Below, piece by piece: positions 38,581-51,804 of a DNA stretch of 64,000 nt. Source of the stretch: Octopus sinensis (taxonomy: Eukaryota); contig NC_043007.1 of the NCBI RefSeq assembly GCF_006345805.1, forward strand, positions 58,342,001 to 58,406,000, in the 5' to 3' direction. The translations under genes and the position numbers were made by a program. Under the pieces are notes generated by a model that saw nothing but the letters and a program-made list of their open reading frames with translations, ran no database searches and was not told the DNA's origin. Position 1 is the first letter of the stretch. Each line of letters starts with the position of its first letter.

Positions 38581-39290
38581 TTAGCAATTAAGGACAACTA
38601 CTTAATAAGGAAAACTTAACAAGAAATTGTCAGGTAGATAGCGTGAAAGACCTCATAAGAGAAAAAATTTCGAAAATAATTATTTCTTATTGAACATATT
38701 AATTTATATATAGAGGGCATTATACATACATGCTAGAGGGCATTATACATACATGCCAGAGGGCATTATACATACATGCCACACGCTAAGAGGGACAATT
38801 AGTCATTTCTACCAAAAATTTTACTAATCCCACCGAATGCAATTTTTCAAAGTAAGACATTTAAAAAATATAGACCTGTATCACAGTGATTTCATACTTA
38901 CGTATTCATCAGCAGGCCTGGACGTATCATAAATAAACGACCCTGCCTCGCTTAAGCCGATCAGCTAACTGATCAACATCAACGAAGCACATGGGTGAGT
39001 TTACATATATTACATCCGGTAAATGGCAGACTTTTACGAATTGCATTTCGGGAAAGGAAAAGTTTTTTCGGAATAAAAATTTAGCAATTAAGGACAACTA
39101 CTTAATAAGGAAAACTTAACAAGAACTTGTCAGGTAGATAGCGTGAAAGACCTCATAAGAGAAAAAATTTCGAAAATAATTATTTCTTATTGAACATATT
39201 AATTTATATATAGAGGGCATTATACATACATGCCAGAGGGCATTATACATACATGCCACACGCTAAGAGGGACAATTAGTCATTTCTACC
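38581..39290 (-). mobile_element. About 500-bp terminally redundant HHR-containing unit (1.4 copies) ending in (TA)n
   Basis: ttagcaattaaggac occurs at both 38581 and 39081; contains a 23-bp internal repeat agagggcattatacatacatgcc. Confidence 0.8.
38873..38918 (-). ncRNA. Type I hammerhead ribozyme
   Basis: Exact reverse complement of 39532-39577. Confidence 0.85.
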
Positions 39291-39531
39291 ATGTAGTACA
39301 CCAATCTGTTATTTACTCGAAAGTGATATTTGAATATTTCACTATCATTACTAGTGTATTTAGATATATAAAATTTTGTGTGAAACAAAAGGCTCTGTAA
39401 ACGTCTAGAAGGAATGCGTGGGAGGCAAAACTATGGATTTAATCTAAATCTATAAAGCGAGAGGAATCGTCAATAGTACGTATATAAGTGTGTGTGTAAA
39501 TGAGTATGAAAGTGTGTATATGATACGTCCA

Positions 39532-39577
39532 GGCCTGCTGATGAATACGTAAGTATGAAATCACTGTGATACAGGTC
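39532..39577 (+). ncRNA. Type I hammerhead ribozyme
   Basis: GGCCTG-CTGATGA-ATAC(GTAA)GTAT-GAAA-TCA(CTG)TGA-T-A-CAGGTC. The core is intact and predicted cleavage is after 39571. Confidence 0.85.
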
Positions 39578-40225
39578 TATATTTTTTAAATGTCTTACTT
39601 TGAAAAATTGCATTCGGTGGGATTAGTAAAATTTTTGGTAGAAATGACTAATTGTCCCTCTTAGCGTGTGGCATGTATGTATAATGCCCTCTGGCATGTA
39701 TGTATAATGCCCTCTATATATAAATTTATATATATATATATATATATACACACGCTGTCACTGGTATAACGTATTTTTAAATTTATATCCCAAAATTCTT
39801 TAGAAACATACTTACACACTTTCATACTCATTTACACACACACTTATATACGTACTATTGACGATTCCTCTCGCTTTATAGATTTAGATTAAATCCATAG
39901 TTTTGCCTCCCACGCATTCCTTCTAGACGTTTACAGAGTCTTTTGTTTCACACAAAATTTTATATATCTAAATACACTAGTAATGATAGTGAAATATTCA
40001 AATATCACTTTCGAGTAAATAACAGATTGGTGTACTACATGATCAGAGGAACATACAAATTATTACAGTTATCACATAATTCAGGTGAACAACAATAAAA
40101 TCTTGTCGTTATAAGTAATCACCAAAATTAAGTACATTTTGAAGTAAATAAAGGATTGATAACAATGTATATTTTATATTCTTTCTAAATTCTAGAAATG
40201 AGCTTTTCAGTCTATGGCTACATAT

Positions 40226-40480
40226 TCAGATAATCACCAAGTGTTTGTTTATTATTTTATCATTGCACAATATTATTTCAAGTGTCTCCTCCAGGCAAAG
40301 GTCACATGCTTTTGAGTGTGTGTTTATGGTTTTTGCATTTCGTAGTACCGACCAAGTAGTGCTGTAATTAATTTTTCCCTTTTTGAGGTCCCATATCAGG
40401 TCTTCGAGTGATGCACATTGCCTCCTGCAGCCTTTGAACCTACAATTTGTTGGCTTTGTCCTCTCCGGCAAATAATGCAT
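40226..40480 (-). pseudogene. Penelope-like endonuclease-region C-terminal fragment
   Basis: LIWDLKKGKINYSTTWSVLRNAK..SKACDLCLEE..IINKH matches the typical tail of Penelope-like (PLE) GIY-YIG ORFs. Confidence 0.65.
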
Positions 40481-41122
40481 CCCCTGCTAGCCAGTGTCTA
40501 CTACTGATGGAATATCAGCCACCTTTGTTTTTACTACTTTCCGAAAAAGGTAGATCGGTATGAGAAACAGTTTTTCACTCTATATATGCGTTATAGACTG
40601 GTTTCAAATAGTACTTTACAAATTAGCGAATTACTCACATACACGCATGCATAGAAATCTAATTACAAAGTAAAATACAATTCAAGCATATACAACAACC
40701 AAGACACAAGGATAAAATGCATAATCGACCTCAAAACGTTGCTTAGTGGCATTTCTTTTGGCTCTTTACGTTTTGAGTTCCAATGACGTCGAGGTCGATT
40801 ATGTATTTCATTCTTTCGGTGTCGATAAAATAAGTACCAGCTTTGCAGTGAGGTCTATGCAAGCGACATCCCTTACTTTTAAAATATTGTGCACACACAC
40901 ACGCATATAACAAAAATATTTATATATGTTTTTATTTATACATATGTATTTAATAAATACATAAATACACACTCACATACTCAAACACACACACATACAC
41001 TCATTCACGGTCATAGAGAAGGAAAGAGGTGAGAGGGAAAGACGGTAAACAGAAATTAAAAGCAATATTTAATAAAAGAGAACTAGAGGCTAATTTGCAG
41101 AGTACTATGTATTTCTAATATG

Positions 41123-41203
<81 letters not shown>

Positions 41204-41209
<6 letters not shown>

Positions 41210-41502
41210 ATCACCTGACCGACCATGCTATCAGATGTTGCTATACATCGTTCGTCACAATGCGCTTCGCATTGTTTTAACCTTCAAATGACGCCATCGT
41301 GCTGGCTAAGCGATCAGGCCAACAGAAGAAAGAGTGAGAGAAAGTTGTGGCGAAAGAGTACAGCAGGGATCGCCACCACCTCCTGCCGGAGCCTTGTGGA
41401 CCTTTAGGTGTTTTCGCTTAATAAACACTTACAACGCCCGGTCTTGGAACCGAAACCACGATCCTACGACCGCGAGACTGCTGCCCTAACCACTGCGCCT
41501 CC
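41204..41502 (-). mobile_element. SINE family C, tail variant Q
   Basis: Homology to 6390-6632. Confidence 0.85.
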
Positions 41503-41575
<73 letters not shown>

Positions 41576-41576
<1 letters not shown>

Positions 41577-41740
41577 GCGCGGGTATAGCTGTGTGGTAAG
41601 AAGCTGGTTTCCCAACCACATGATTCTGGGTTCAGCCCCACTGCATGGGACCTTAGGCAAGTGTATTCTACTATAACCTCGGGCCGACCAAAGCCTTGTG
41701 AGTGCATTTGGTAAAAGGAAACTGAAAGAAGCCCGTCGTA
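41576..41740 (+). mobile_element. SINE family A, 5' half
   Basis: Head and core; ends in a microsatellite. Confidence 0.85.
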
Positions 41741-41756
41741 TATATATATATATGTC

Positions 41757-41788
<32 letters not shown>

Positions 41789-42470
41789 TGTATGTATGTA
41801 TGTATGTATGTATGTATTTGCATGTCTGTTGTGTGTATGTATGTGTGTGTATATGTGTGTGTATGTGTATATATGTGCATATAGGGACTAGTGTGCTGTG
41901 TGTGCATGTGTGTGTGTGGATATGTGTGTGTATGCGTGTATGTGAGTATGTGTGTGTATGTGTATATATATTTTTCTGTGCGTATATGTATGTGAGGTCG
42001 TGTGTGTATATATACATGTGTGTATACGTGTATGCATGTGAGTGTGTGTATGTATACATATATGTGTATGTGTAGATATGTATATGTATGTGTATGGGTA
42101 AGTGTATATATATGTATATATATGTGTGTGTATGTATGTGTGTATGTATATGTATATATGTTTGTATGTGTGTGTATGTATGTATACATGTGTGCATAGG
42201 TATAAGTGAGAATCTCCTTATTTACCTAAAACTCTATTCCCCCTTTTTTTTATATATAGGTTCTTTTTATATATAGGTTTTTTTATTTTTTTATTTTATT
42301 TTTTTATTTTTTAATTTTTTTATTTATTCTTCTATCTAATTTAACACTGACTCCTTGACCACTCCCCCAAGTATGATATTTTGCGCTATGCCGACCCCCC
42401 AAAAAGTCCCCCACCAACACCCCGTTAAACCTGCCTAAATGTATAAATGCCAATACAATTCTTGTTAACT

Positions 42471-42521
42471 AGCTTCCTGAAGATTTCTCTTGAATGAAAC
42501 AGTTCTAGTCCTGTAGAAGCT
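42471..42521 (+). ncRNA. Type I hammerhead ribozyme
   Basis: AGCTTC-CTGAAGA-TTTC(TCTT)GAAT-GAAA-CAG(TTCTAGTC)CTG-T-A-GAAGCT. Stem I is 6 bp perfect; the first pair of stem II is U-U. Confidence 0.75.
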
Positions 42522-42604
42522 CCTTCTATATAATAAATTAATTTTACTCTGCTATGTATTGAGTACCTTATTTACTGTGGTTAACCCCGAATCAACCCGG
42601 GACC

Positions 42605-42691
<87 letters not shown>

Positions 42692-42951
42692 AATAAATAT
42701 TAGGGAATAAATCCAAATTTACAGGGAAAAATCAGATTTAGGATTAATCCAATTTTATAGTAAAATATTATATATATATAATATAATTCGAGACAAAACC
42801 ACTATTTTGCAAAACAAACAAGGAAAGACTTAATCAATACATAAAACATGTTTATTTCTTTATATTAAAAATTGTTTATGTATTGATTAAGTATTTCCTT
42901 GTTTGTTTTGCAAAATAGTGGTTTTGTCTCGAATTATATATATATAATATA

Positions 42952-42983
<32 letters not shown>

Positions 42984-42985
42984 AG

Positions 42986-43020
<35 letters not shown>

Positions 43021-43115
43021 GCATATATATATATACATATATATATACACATATATATATATAAGCATAACATATATACATATATATATAACATATAACA
43101 TATATATACATATAT

Positions 43116-43169
<54 letters not shown>

Positions 43170-43175
43170 TATATA

Positions 43176-44430
43176 TCAGGTTGAGTAAAAAGTAAGCAAC
43201 GTTTTGAACCATGAAGAATTTGTACCGGATTTTTGCAGAGTTTTTAATTTTTTTAAACACTTTTTTGCATTTGACTGATAATACAAACATAGGATTACCC
43301 AAGTACATCAATAAATTAACATGGTCATTTTTTCTCACCGTTGTTACAATCATTTGAAATAGAACTCTCAATACGCGATATTCGAGCAATTTTGCTATTC
43401 AACTTCAAAAACGAACGTAAAGCAGCTGAAACTGCTTGCGATATCAACGAAAATGACCAGTGAGTGGTCAGCTGGAAAATGGTTTAGACGATTTCGCAGT
43501 GGAGACCTGAGACTTCAAGATCGTGAGCGTAGTGAACGCCGAACTATCGTCGATGACGGTCAATTGATGACCGTCATTCAGAAAGATCCACGTAAAACCA
43601 CAGGAGAACTGGCAAAGAACTTGAAGTTAGCCAGAAAATTGCCTGCAACCAATCGCATGCGATCGGAAAATCAAAAAGGCTCGAAAATGGGTACCACACG
43701 ATTTGAATGAGAATCAGAAAATGCGCAGATATGAAATTTGTTCGTTGCTTCTTTTCCGTAACCAGATCGATCCATTTCTCGACCGTATTGTAACTCACGA
43801 TTAAAAGTGAATTCTGTACAATAATAAAAACGTTCTTCGTAGAGGTTGGACCAAAATGAAGCACCGAAAACCTTCTCTAAATCTGAGCTCTTCAAAATGA
43901 AGGTTATGGTGACTGCTTGGTGGTGTACTGCTGGACTCACTCATTAAAAATTCTTAAAACCGGAAAAACCATAACTGCAGAAACATATTGCCATGAAATT
44001 GCCAGAATGAACGAAAAACTACTACTCCTCCGTTTCAGACTAGTCAACATAAGAGAGCCAATGATTCTTCATGACAATGCTCGACCACATGTTTCACTAA
44101 TGACGCTCCAGAAGTTGATGGAACTTGGCTACGAAGTTTGTCCCCACCCACCACATTCCCCAGACCTTTCTCCTACTGTCTCCCACTCTTTCAAGCTCCT
44201 TGATGGTTTCCTGCGATAGAAGGAGTTCAAAAATCAATCCGATTCTGAAAGTGCGTTCAAAGAGTTCATCAGCTTCAGAATTCCAGATTTTTATGTTACC
44301 AGAATAAACAAACTTATAATTCGTTGGCAAAAATGTATTGATTCTAATGGTACTTACTTTGATGAATAAAATTCCCGCATTGTTGAAATATATTGTGATG
44401 AAGTTCGTGTTTCAAAACGTTGCTTACTGA
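43176..44430 (+). mobile_element. Near-full-length mariner (DD34D-type) transposon, transposase pseudogene at about 43355-44369
   Basis: TIR segment agtaagcaacgttttgaa at both ends; WFRRFRSGD, WVPH-like, DRIVTHD, LHDNARPH, HPPHSPDLSPT, RWQKCIDSNGTYF. Confidence 0.92.
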
Positions 44431-44436
44431 TATATC

Positions 44437-44760
44437 CCAACCACGTAGTTCCAGGTTCTCTTTCACTGCGTGACACGTTGGCTCGTGTTTTCTACGGTAG
44501 CACCAGATCCACCAATACCTTCTGAATGGATTTGATAGACGGAAACCGAAGCCCGTCCTCTGTGTGTGTGTGTGTCCACACCGCTTGACAACTGGTGGGA
44601 GTTTCTTTACATCCCCGAAACTTAGCGGGGCAGCAAAAGAAGCCGATAGAATAAGAACCAGATTTTGAAATGAAAGAAACTAATGTACTGGGGTCGATTT
44701 GTTCGACTAAAACTCTTCAATGAGGTGTTCCAGCATGGCCGAGGTCCAATGACTAGTGTG
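44437..44760 (+). mobile_element. SINE family A, decayed
   Basis: Homology to 30510-30905. Confidence 0.75.
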
Positions 44761-45136
44761 AGTTAAAGAAACAACGCATATACACCTACGTACATTCTTC
44801 TTCTTTTTCTTCTTCTCCTCCTCCTCCTCCTCCTTCTTATTATTATTAATTTATTATTATTATTATTATTATCATCATCATCATTATTATTATTATATTT
44901 ACTGCTGAACACGACAGACGCATTTTCGAACGCCTGAAGTAAGTCTTGTTCAAAACTTGTTTACACCCGTTTGCTGCTGTTTTTTTTTTTTTTTTTCGAT
45001 TAAGCATTGTTTCAGTCTGTTAACAGAAACACTAGGAACCTGACATTGGGTTCTTGTGCTTGTTTAGCCACTAGCGTGGCTTTATTCGGCTCCAGATTAA
45101 TTTGGTAAGTGTTTTAGGCCAATATAAATAAGCAAA

Positions 45137-47710
45137 ATGGTGGAACGCATTTTGGAAGAGTTATGGAAAAAAATGCCCTTCCTGAAAGCCTTTTTGCATG
45201 CTGAAGATTTCCTTCCTCTTCCCTCCGTTATTGACAACATTACAAGAGAGAAGGAAGAAAAATGGAAGGGCGAAAAGGTTCAAAGTAGTAGCAACAGTGA
45301 AAACATTGGCAACAGTAGTGAGGGCAATAATAGCGATGGCGGCGGTGGTGACAGCAGCGGTGGCAGCGGAGACAGCGGCTGCTGTAGTAGTAGTAGTACT
45401 CTTAGCAACAGCAACGCAATTCTGAACACAATGGATTTTAGCGAAGACAATTATGCTACAATTGAAGGCGGTGTGGGGAGTGGAAACGGTCGAAGTGGCC
45501 ACAACTCCACCCCATCACCACCAACCGCAACAGCAGCAACATCCGTAAAATACCAACAACAGCAACGTCGACGACATCAACAACAAAAACAAGGGGTTTG
45601 CTGATGTACCAAACACAAAGAAATAAATGTTTACAATCTCTCTCGAGGACAAAATTCGAGAACTTTCAAAAGCAATAGATCTCATCAAAGTTGACGGGGG
45701 TAAGGCATCAGAGTTCGTACCTCCCGAAATAATAGAAGCAAAAGAAAAAAAGATAGTATATTTCAAATGCATATCACGGAAAATTAAGAGATCCAAAATA
45801 ACTTCCATCAGTCATGTTGAGAAGGCCCTTAGCGAAATTTTAATAGATGTGGCTCAGATACTGAAAGCACAGAAATCCCCTACACATTGAACACAGACAC
45901 AACAAAAACAACAGCAGCTCCACCAACCCCACAACCACCACCCCAACCAAATCCACCAATGCACCCACAACCAGGCATAGCCCCCAAAACAAAGCTCACA
46001 GTCAATACGGAAACACCGAATTATGGGAAGCCAACAAAATTTTGCTGGCTCTCAAAGCCAAAAACAAGCAAATTGAAAGAGCGGGTGCAATTTGTAACAT
46101 CAGCACCCTTAGGGTTCCGGATCATTTAATGTTAATACGGTTACCCCTCAGAGTATACAAAGAAATTTAGAGAGACTTCCCGCATGAGGTGGGAAAGCCG
46201 AACGTCCGCGCCAGTTTCTCAGAGGAACCAGATCCGGAGCCCACAAGTTCGGACGATCTTCCTGGACCAAGAGAGTAAGTTGGCGGTCCTAGACGTGAGC
46301 GACGTTCCCACAGGGGCGGGACAGCCAGATTTCTTCAGACGTTTGGAGGTTTTCCTTGGGACGTTACGCTCTTTAAGGTTACTGGGTGACTTGAACGCCA
46401 TCTTGGACGCACGCCTGGATAGGGTGGGGCTAGCTGATAGGAGAGGGGGAGTAAAAGCCTCACAAACCTGCTCAGCCGCTTCCAGTCGGCTGACAGATAC
46501 TGACTGGATTTCACGAATGGACGAACCGCATCGGGTCTTCCAGATTGTATCTAGATAGAGTATTTTGTAGGCCTGTAGATAGAAGTAGTATAAGTTGATC
46601 ATGTTTCAAAGTTGTCGGCAACACGGACCATAAATTTGTGATCTGTATGGTCGACATAGATAGAATCCATAAGCAGAGCCCCAGACATTGGAAGCTGAAC
46701 GAGTCCTTCCCGGTGCGCCAAGTTTCAGAGACACCGGTTAGCAAGTTAGTCTATCGAGAGTTGGAGAGCACAATAGTCAACAGCCGTTGGTGGATAGCCC
46801 TGAAAAGAGCTATTGAAGTAAAGGTGATAGGTTTTTGTAAGGAAATAGCGTTAGAGGAATCTAGGACAGTGAGAGACCTGGTTTGCTCCAGACCTTCAGG
46901 TGGGCGAGAACTGGGGGCGGGGGAGACGTGACGAGCAGGGTATCCAATCTCACCCAGAAATAGGTAGAGAGGAGGCTGTCTCTGAAAAGTCGGGCGAAGG
47001 TAGCGAATACGTACATCGCTTCCTTCATCTACTACCGCCTGACCGTTGTCTCTTGCTACATTTCATGCCTGATAAAGCTGGGGTGCTTGCACTTCCACTT
47101 CCAATGGAAGGGACGAATTCCGCTCGTTAGATGGTCCATCTGCTGTCAACAGCTGCTGAGTGGAGGACTGGGCATGTCGTGGCTAATGATGCACAAACAT
47201 GCGCTGAGGCTACAACATCTCTTGCATTTCCTTAACGGTGAGCAAGTGTGGTCGCCGTTTGTCAAAAGGGACTTTCCGCAGTTCGTCTCATTGGTTGAGC
47301 TACAGTCCTGGGTTAAGCGGAGACCAAGAAAGGGTGCTGGGCACCTTGGCCCTGCATGCATTACTGCCTTGTGGAGCTTTGTCGTACAACTGCTGTCACG
47401 TGTAGAACAGATCCGGTTATCAACCGAGTCCATTGTGAGGATCGCCCCGCCGCCTTCTTTCGGCCGGGAGGGAAAGGCAGTTTCCCTCTACCTGGTGGGT
47501 GGATGAGGTTGAAAGGGCTGAAAACTGACACTTTCCTCTTCGGCCGAGCCCTCATTTACTTTTACAAGTTCCACTTGAAAAGAAAGGTGAGGATAGAGAG
47601 GGAAGTACTGCTGCCCTGCCCCAGAAAGTTTGTTGAAAGGTGGGTAAATGTTGCGAAAATGGCTCGTGTCAATGGGCCTACTCTGAATATTCGTCTGTAT
47701 TGTAAAAATT
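45137..47710 (+). mobile_element. Internally deleted Tx1/L1 relative (ORF1 remnants, endonuclease fragment, no RT core, C-terminus)
   Basis: PDFFRRLEVFLG, GDLNAILD, HWKLNESF, NTYIASFIYYRLTV, GGLGMSWL, IAPPPSF, RWVNVAKMARV. Confidence 0.85.
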
Positions 47711-47739
47711 TGGACCCTGTGCCTAGAGTAGAAAAGATT

Positions 47740-48720
47740 ATTATCATTACAGACGTCGCACAGTATACAATGTCGTGAGGTTGTTGACTGAAGATACTGT
47801 ATCCACTGGAGGTTTGTACTGTTTGTCAAGTCACTACAAGGACCTCAGACAGATAGTACTTTACACAATATGCGTGCAGTTCCAAATAATGCTGACTTTT
47901 TCAATACATCTAGATTGGGTGGTATTGAACCCAATGCTTCGATGACAATAAGGATAACCTTTATATTCGACTCTCATAGCTGCCACATCTTAGCGATCTC
48001 AATTCTCAGGTCTCCATATTTATCAACATTTTCTCTTTCTTTCATGATGACGTGTTGATCTCCTGGCACTGCGACGTCGATTATTAGGCACTCTTGTTTA
48101 TCCCTCTTAAAGGTTACTATATCTGACATTCGGTGCTCTAACACTTTGTCTATCTGGAAATCAAAGTCCCATAGGATTTTTGCCTGCCCCTTTTCGTCCA
48201 TTACCTTTTCCGGTGTATGTTGGTACCAAGCACCCGTAACCTCATATCCATACTTACGGCATTGCAACAAGTGGAGGTTGGGGGCTACTTTGTCGTGTCT
48301 ACGCTTGTACTCTTTCTGCGCAAGACTTTCACAAGCACTAACAATGTGAGTCACAATTTCGACTCTCTTCCTACGCATTCTACAGAGATCCGATGCACTT
48401 GTGTGGTATATATTCTTTGTCACTGAGTTAGTATTCAATGCCTGGTCCTGGGCCGCGATGATTAAGCTGTCAGTATTCCATGATGTTCTCTGGTCTTTTA
48501 ATTTGTTGGTTTCACAGTGGAACTGACCGTGTAATTCCATACGGAGTAGGGCTTCTCTCTCGTTTGCTGTACTTGTTCGGAATTCATGAGCACTCTCAAG
48601 TCCATTTTTGCTAACTCCTTCTGCACTAGCAGCCTTCTGTAACAGGTCTTCTTTCCTGTTAACCATATATTCTGCCATGTTTCTTCTTTTACTGTTGATG
48701 CACTCCCAGACGTTATCCCT
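47740..48720 (-). mobile_element. 5'-truncated R4/Dong-like RLE LINE (zinc-knuckle region plus RLE)
   Basis: THIVSACESLAQKEYKRRHDKVA, KILWDF, HRMSDIV..CLIIDVAVPGD, KYGDLRIEIAKMWQL; a short AATGATAATAAT tail near 47740. Confidence 0.9.
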
Positions 48721-48933
48721 TCACACACGCACGCACGCACACACACCACATCACACAAACACATACGCACTCACGCACGCACACACATGCACACACACAA
48801 ACACACATATATTCACGCATCTATCACAAACAGATGCAACTTCTTTTATTTTAAAAAAACAATTTTCTTTTTCTCTTTTTTTCATATAAACTCTCTCCTT
48901 CAAACACTCATACACCGAAATCGACGGGAGAGA

Positions 48934-48999
<66 letters not shown>

Positions 49000-50441
49000 C
49001 ACACACACACACGCACATACGCACACACACGCGCGCGACCAGTCAAATCTAATATAATTAATAAACTTCACTGTACGGACAGAAGTCTCAGCATCGATAA
49101 ATGTATTTGTTATCTATAATTTTTTTTATATTAACAACATTAAATATTCATTTATACATATGTGTGAGCGCGCGCGCTTTTGTCTCATACAGAAAAAGAA
49201 CGAGAGAGAAAACGAGAGAGGAATTTTAATATATATGTGTGTGTGTATACTGTGTGCTTGGAAACGTTATTCAATCAATAATTGCATATAACATATATCG
49301 CGATATTATAAACTTTAGAATTGAAGTTAATATGTATATAATATAATACAATATGATATGATATAATATAATATAATATGATATAATGTAGTGTAATGTA
49401 ATACAATCTATAATAGTTAAGAATATCATCGAATGTCATATATTTTATGCTTACGTATATATGCTTGTTTCGTCACACACCACAATATTATTTCATTCTT
49501 TCAGTCGTATACTTTCAACCTTCCGGGGTCGATGTAAAAAATTATAACAAATCCGAAGCCGTATGACATCGGACCGGATGCATTACGGTATTTTGGAGGG
49601 TTCTTTGCAATCTGAGTTAAAACCCTGCCATAGCCTATTTCGTCGTTAGACGTAACTCATTTCCTAATCTAACACCACCACCCGGCACTCTGGGTGCCTT
49701 TACTGGAATCCACTGTCGCAAGCAGTCAGGTCATAAGACTTGCTTCCATCAGTTTTATGGATATTGCCATGGTTAACTGCCTTTCCTCCTGATCAAAAGA
49801 TAAAAAATGATACTATTTCACTCATGAGAATGTGGCCATACTGAACCACATTTAAGAGTATAGTCGATTTTATTGGCCTGCCAGTACCCGTTTTATCAAC
49901 CTCGGAAAAATAAAATTAAATTGGACCGGAGATAGATTTGAACGCAGAATCTTACCGGTTATCAAAAGGCATTCTGTATGACATTCTGCTGATTGTGCCA
50001 TCCAACAGCCATATGTGTGTCGTATGTGTCTGTGTGTGGTTGTGTGTATTTGAGTGTTTGTATGTATTTGGTTCATAGGTGTACACACGTACACATGTAC
50101 ACAATCATTAATACCATCTCCTCAAACAACAGATGTAGATGCCCGTGGAGGTAGCAGAGATATGTGGCAGCTCTGTGTTCACCACATCTGTCTTTTGTGT
50201 TTGTGTTTATGTGCTCACATACGTGCGAATGTGCATGTCGAACAACGAATGTCTTGGTTTGGCCTCTGTGTGTACATGTGTCTGTCTATATGAATATGAT
50301 TACAAGTGTGTCCGTGTATGTGTGTGTACTTCATTTTGTGGTTGTGTCACGTTCCTCAATGTGTGATAATTTGTCTAATAACAGCATGTTGTGAATCACA
50401 CAAGCACACACAATCATCTATGTATATATGTATATGTGTAA

Positions 50442-50497
<56 letters not shown>

Positions 50498-50895
50498 GTA
50501 CATATATATATATATATCTATATGTGTACGTGCTTATGTATATATATATGTCTGTAGTGAGAGAGGGGGAGAAGGAATGGGAGGCTTGTAGTATGGGGCC
50601 TGCTACATAGCAAGACTTGGTGTAAAGAACAGGGCAGTAAATTATATGGTAAGAAGGGATGTTCTTATGGCAGACTGACTCTATCTCTTTGATCGACACA
50701 CCGGTGCTCCTGGCAAACAAAGAATTAGAGGTGTTGTTTGCCACGTATGCAGACATATACAATGATGCACACACATACACACACAAAAACACACGCGCGC
50801 GCAAGAACACACGCGCACACATATACGTGTGTATGTGCATGTGATATACATTAATATATATGTACGTAATGTAAATATATATATAGAGATTTTCT

Positions 50896-50926
<31 letters not shown>

Positions 50927-50930
50927 ATAT

Positions 50931-50978
<48 letters not shown>

Positions 50979-51021
50979 TTATATATATATACATATTTAT
51001 ATTGTTTATGTGTGCGTGTGT

Positions 51022-51064
<43 letters not shown>

Positions 51065-51608
51065 TGTGCATATGCGTATGTGTTCGTTTGTCTGTATGTA
51101 AGCTGGTATGCATTTGTGTTCTTTGGAACTTGTTCATGTATTCGCATGGATCTTAAATCACAGCTACCATGCATAACCGATTAAATTAAACACAGTTTAA
51201 TTCCTATATCTATCTATCAATATGTATGCGTGATTAGTCAACTATAACGATACAAGTACCTAAAATTTATCCCAATAATTCTAATGTCACTAATTTTCTT
51301 GTGTACTGTTATTACTATTATAAATTACCTACTGAAAACTTACATTCAGATCAATAAGATAGAAAATCCAAATAAGCCTTAACATAGAATGAAGCAACAA
51401 CTAAACCCAGTTCTATAGCAGACAATAGAGTAACCCTACACCATTAGGATTAGGAATAGTGATGCTATTTGTAGAACTCACTTAAAACCGGACCAAAAAG
51501 TGAGAAAACATAAACAACCACAATGTCAATATAGCAATTACTTTAATTTGAATATGGCCATCTCGTCATCAGTTGCTGTTTTAGAAATCATCTTAAACAC
51601 GCACACGT

Positions 51609-51642
<34 letters not shown>

Positions 51643-51674
51643 AAATACACACATAAGTCTATCTATCTATCTCA

Positions 51675-51716
<42 letters not shown>

Positions 51717-51743
51717 ATATAGATAGATAGATATGCATACATA

Positions 51744-51804
<61 letters not shown>

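Noticed and set aside
45137-45604. Host gene exon (155-aa ORF)
   Set aside because: It is colinear with downstream LINE ORF1/ORF2 remnants and is best explained as the ORF1 N-terminus.
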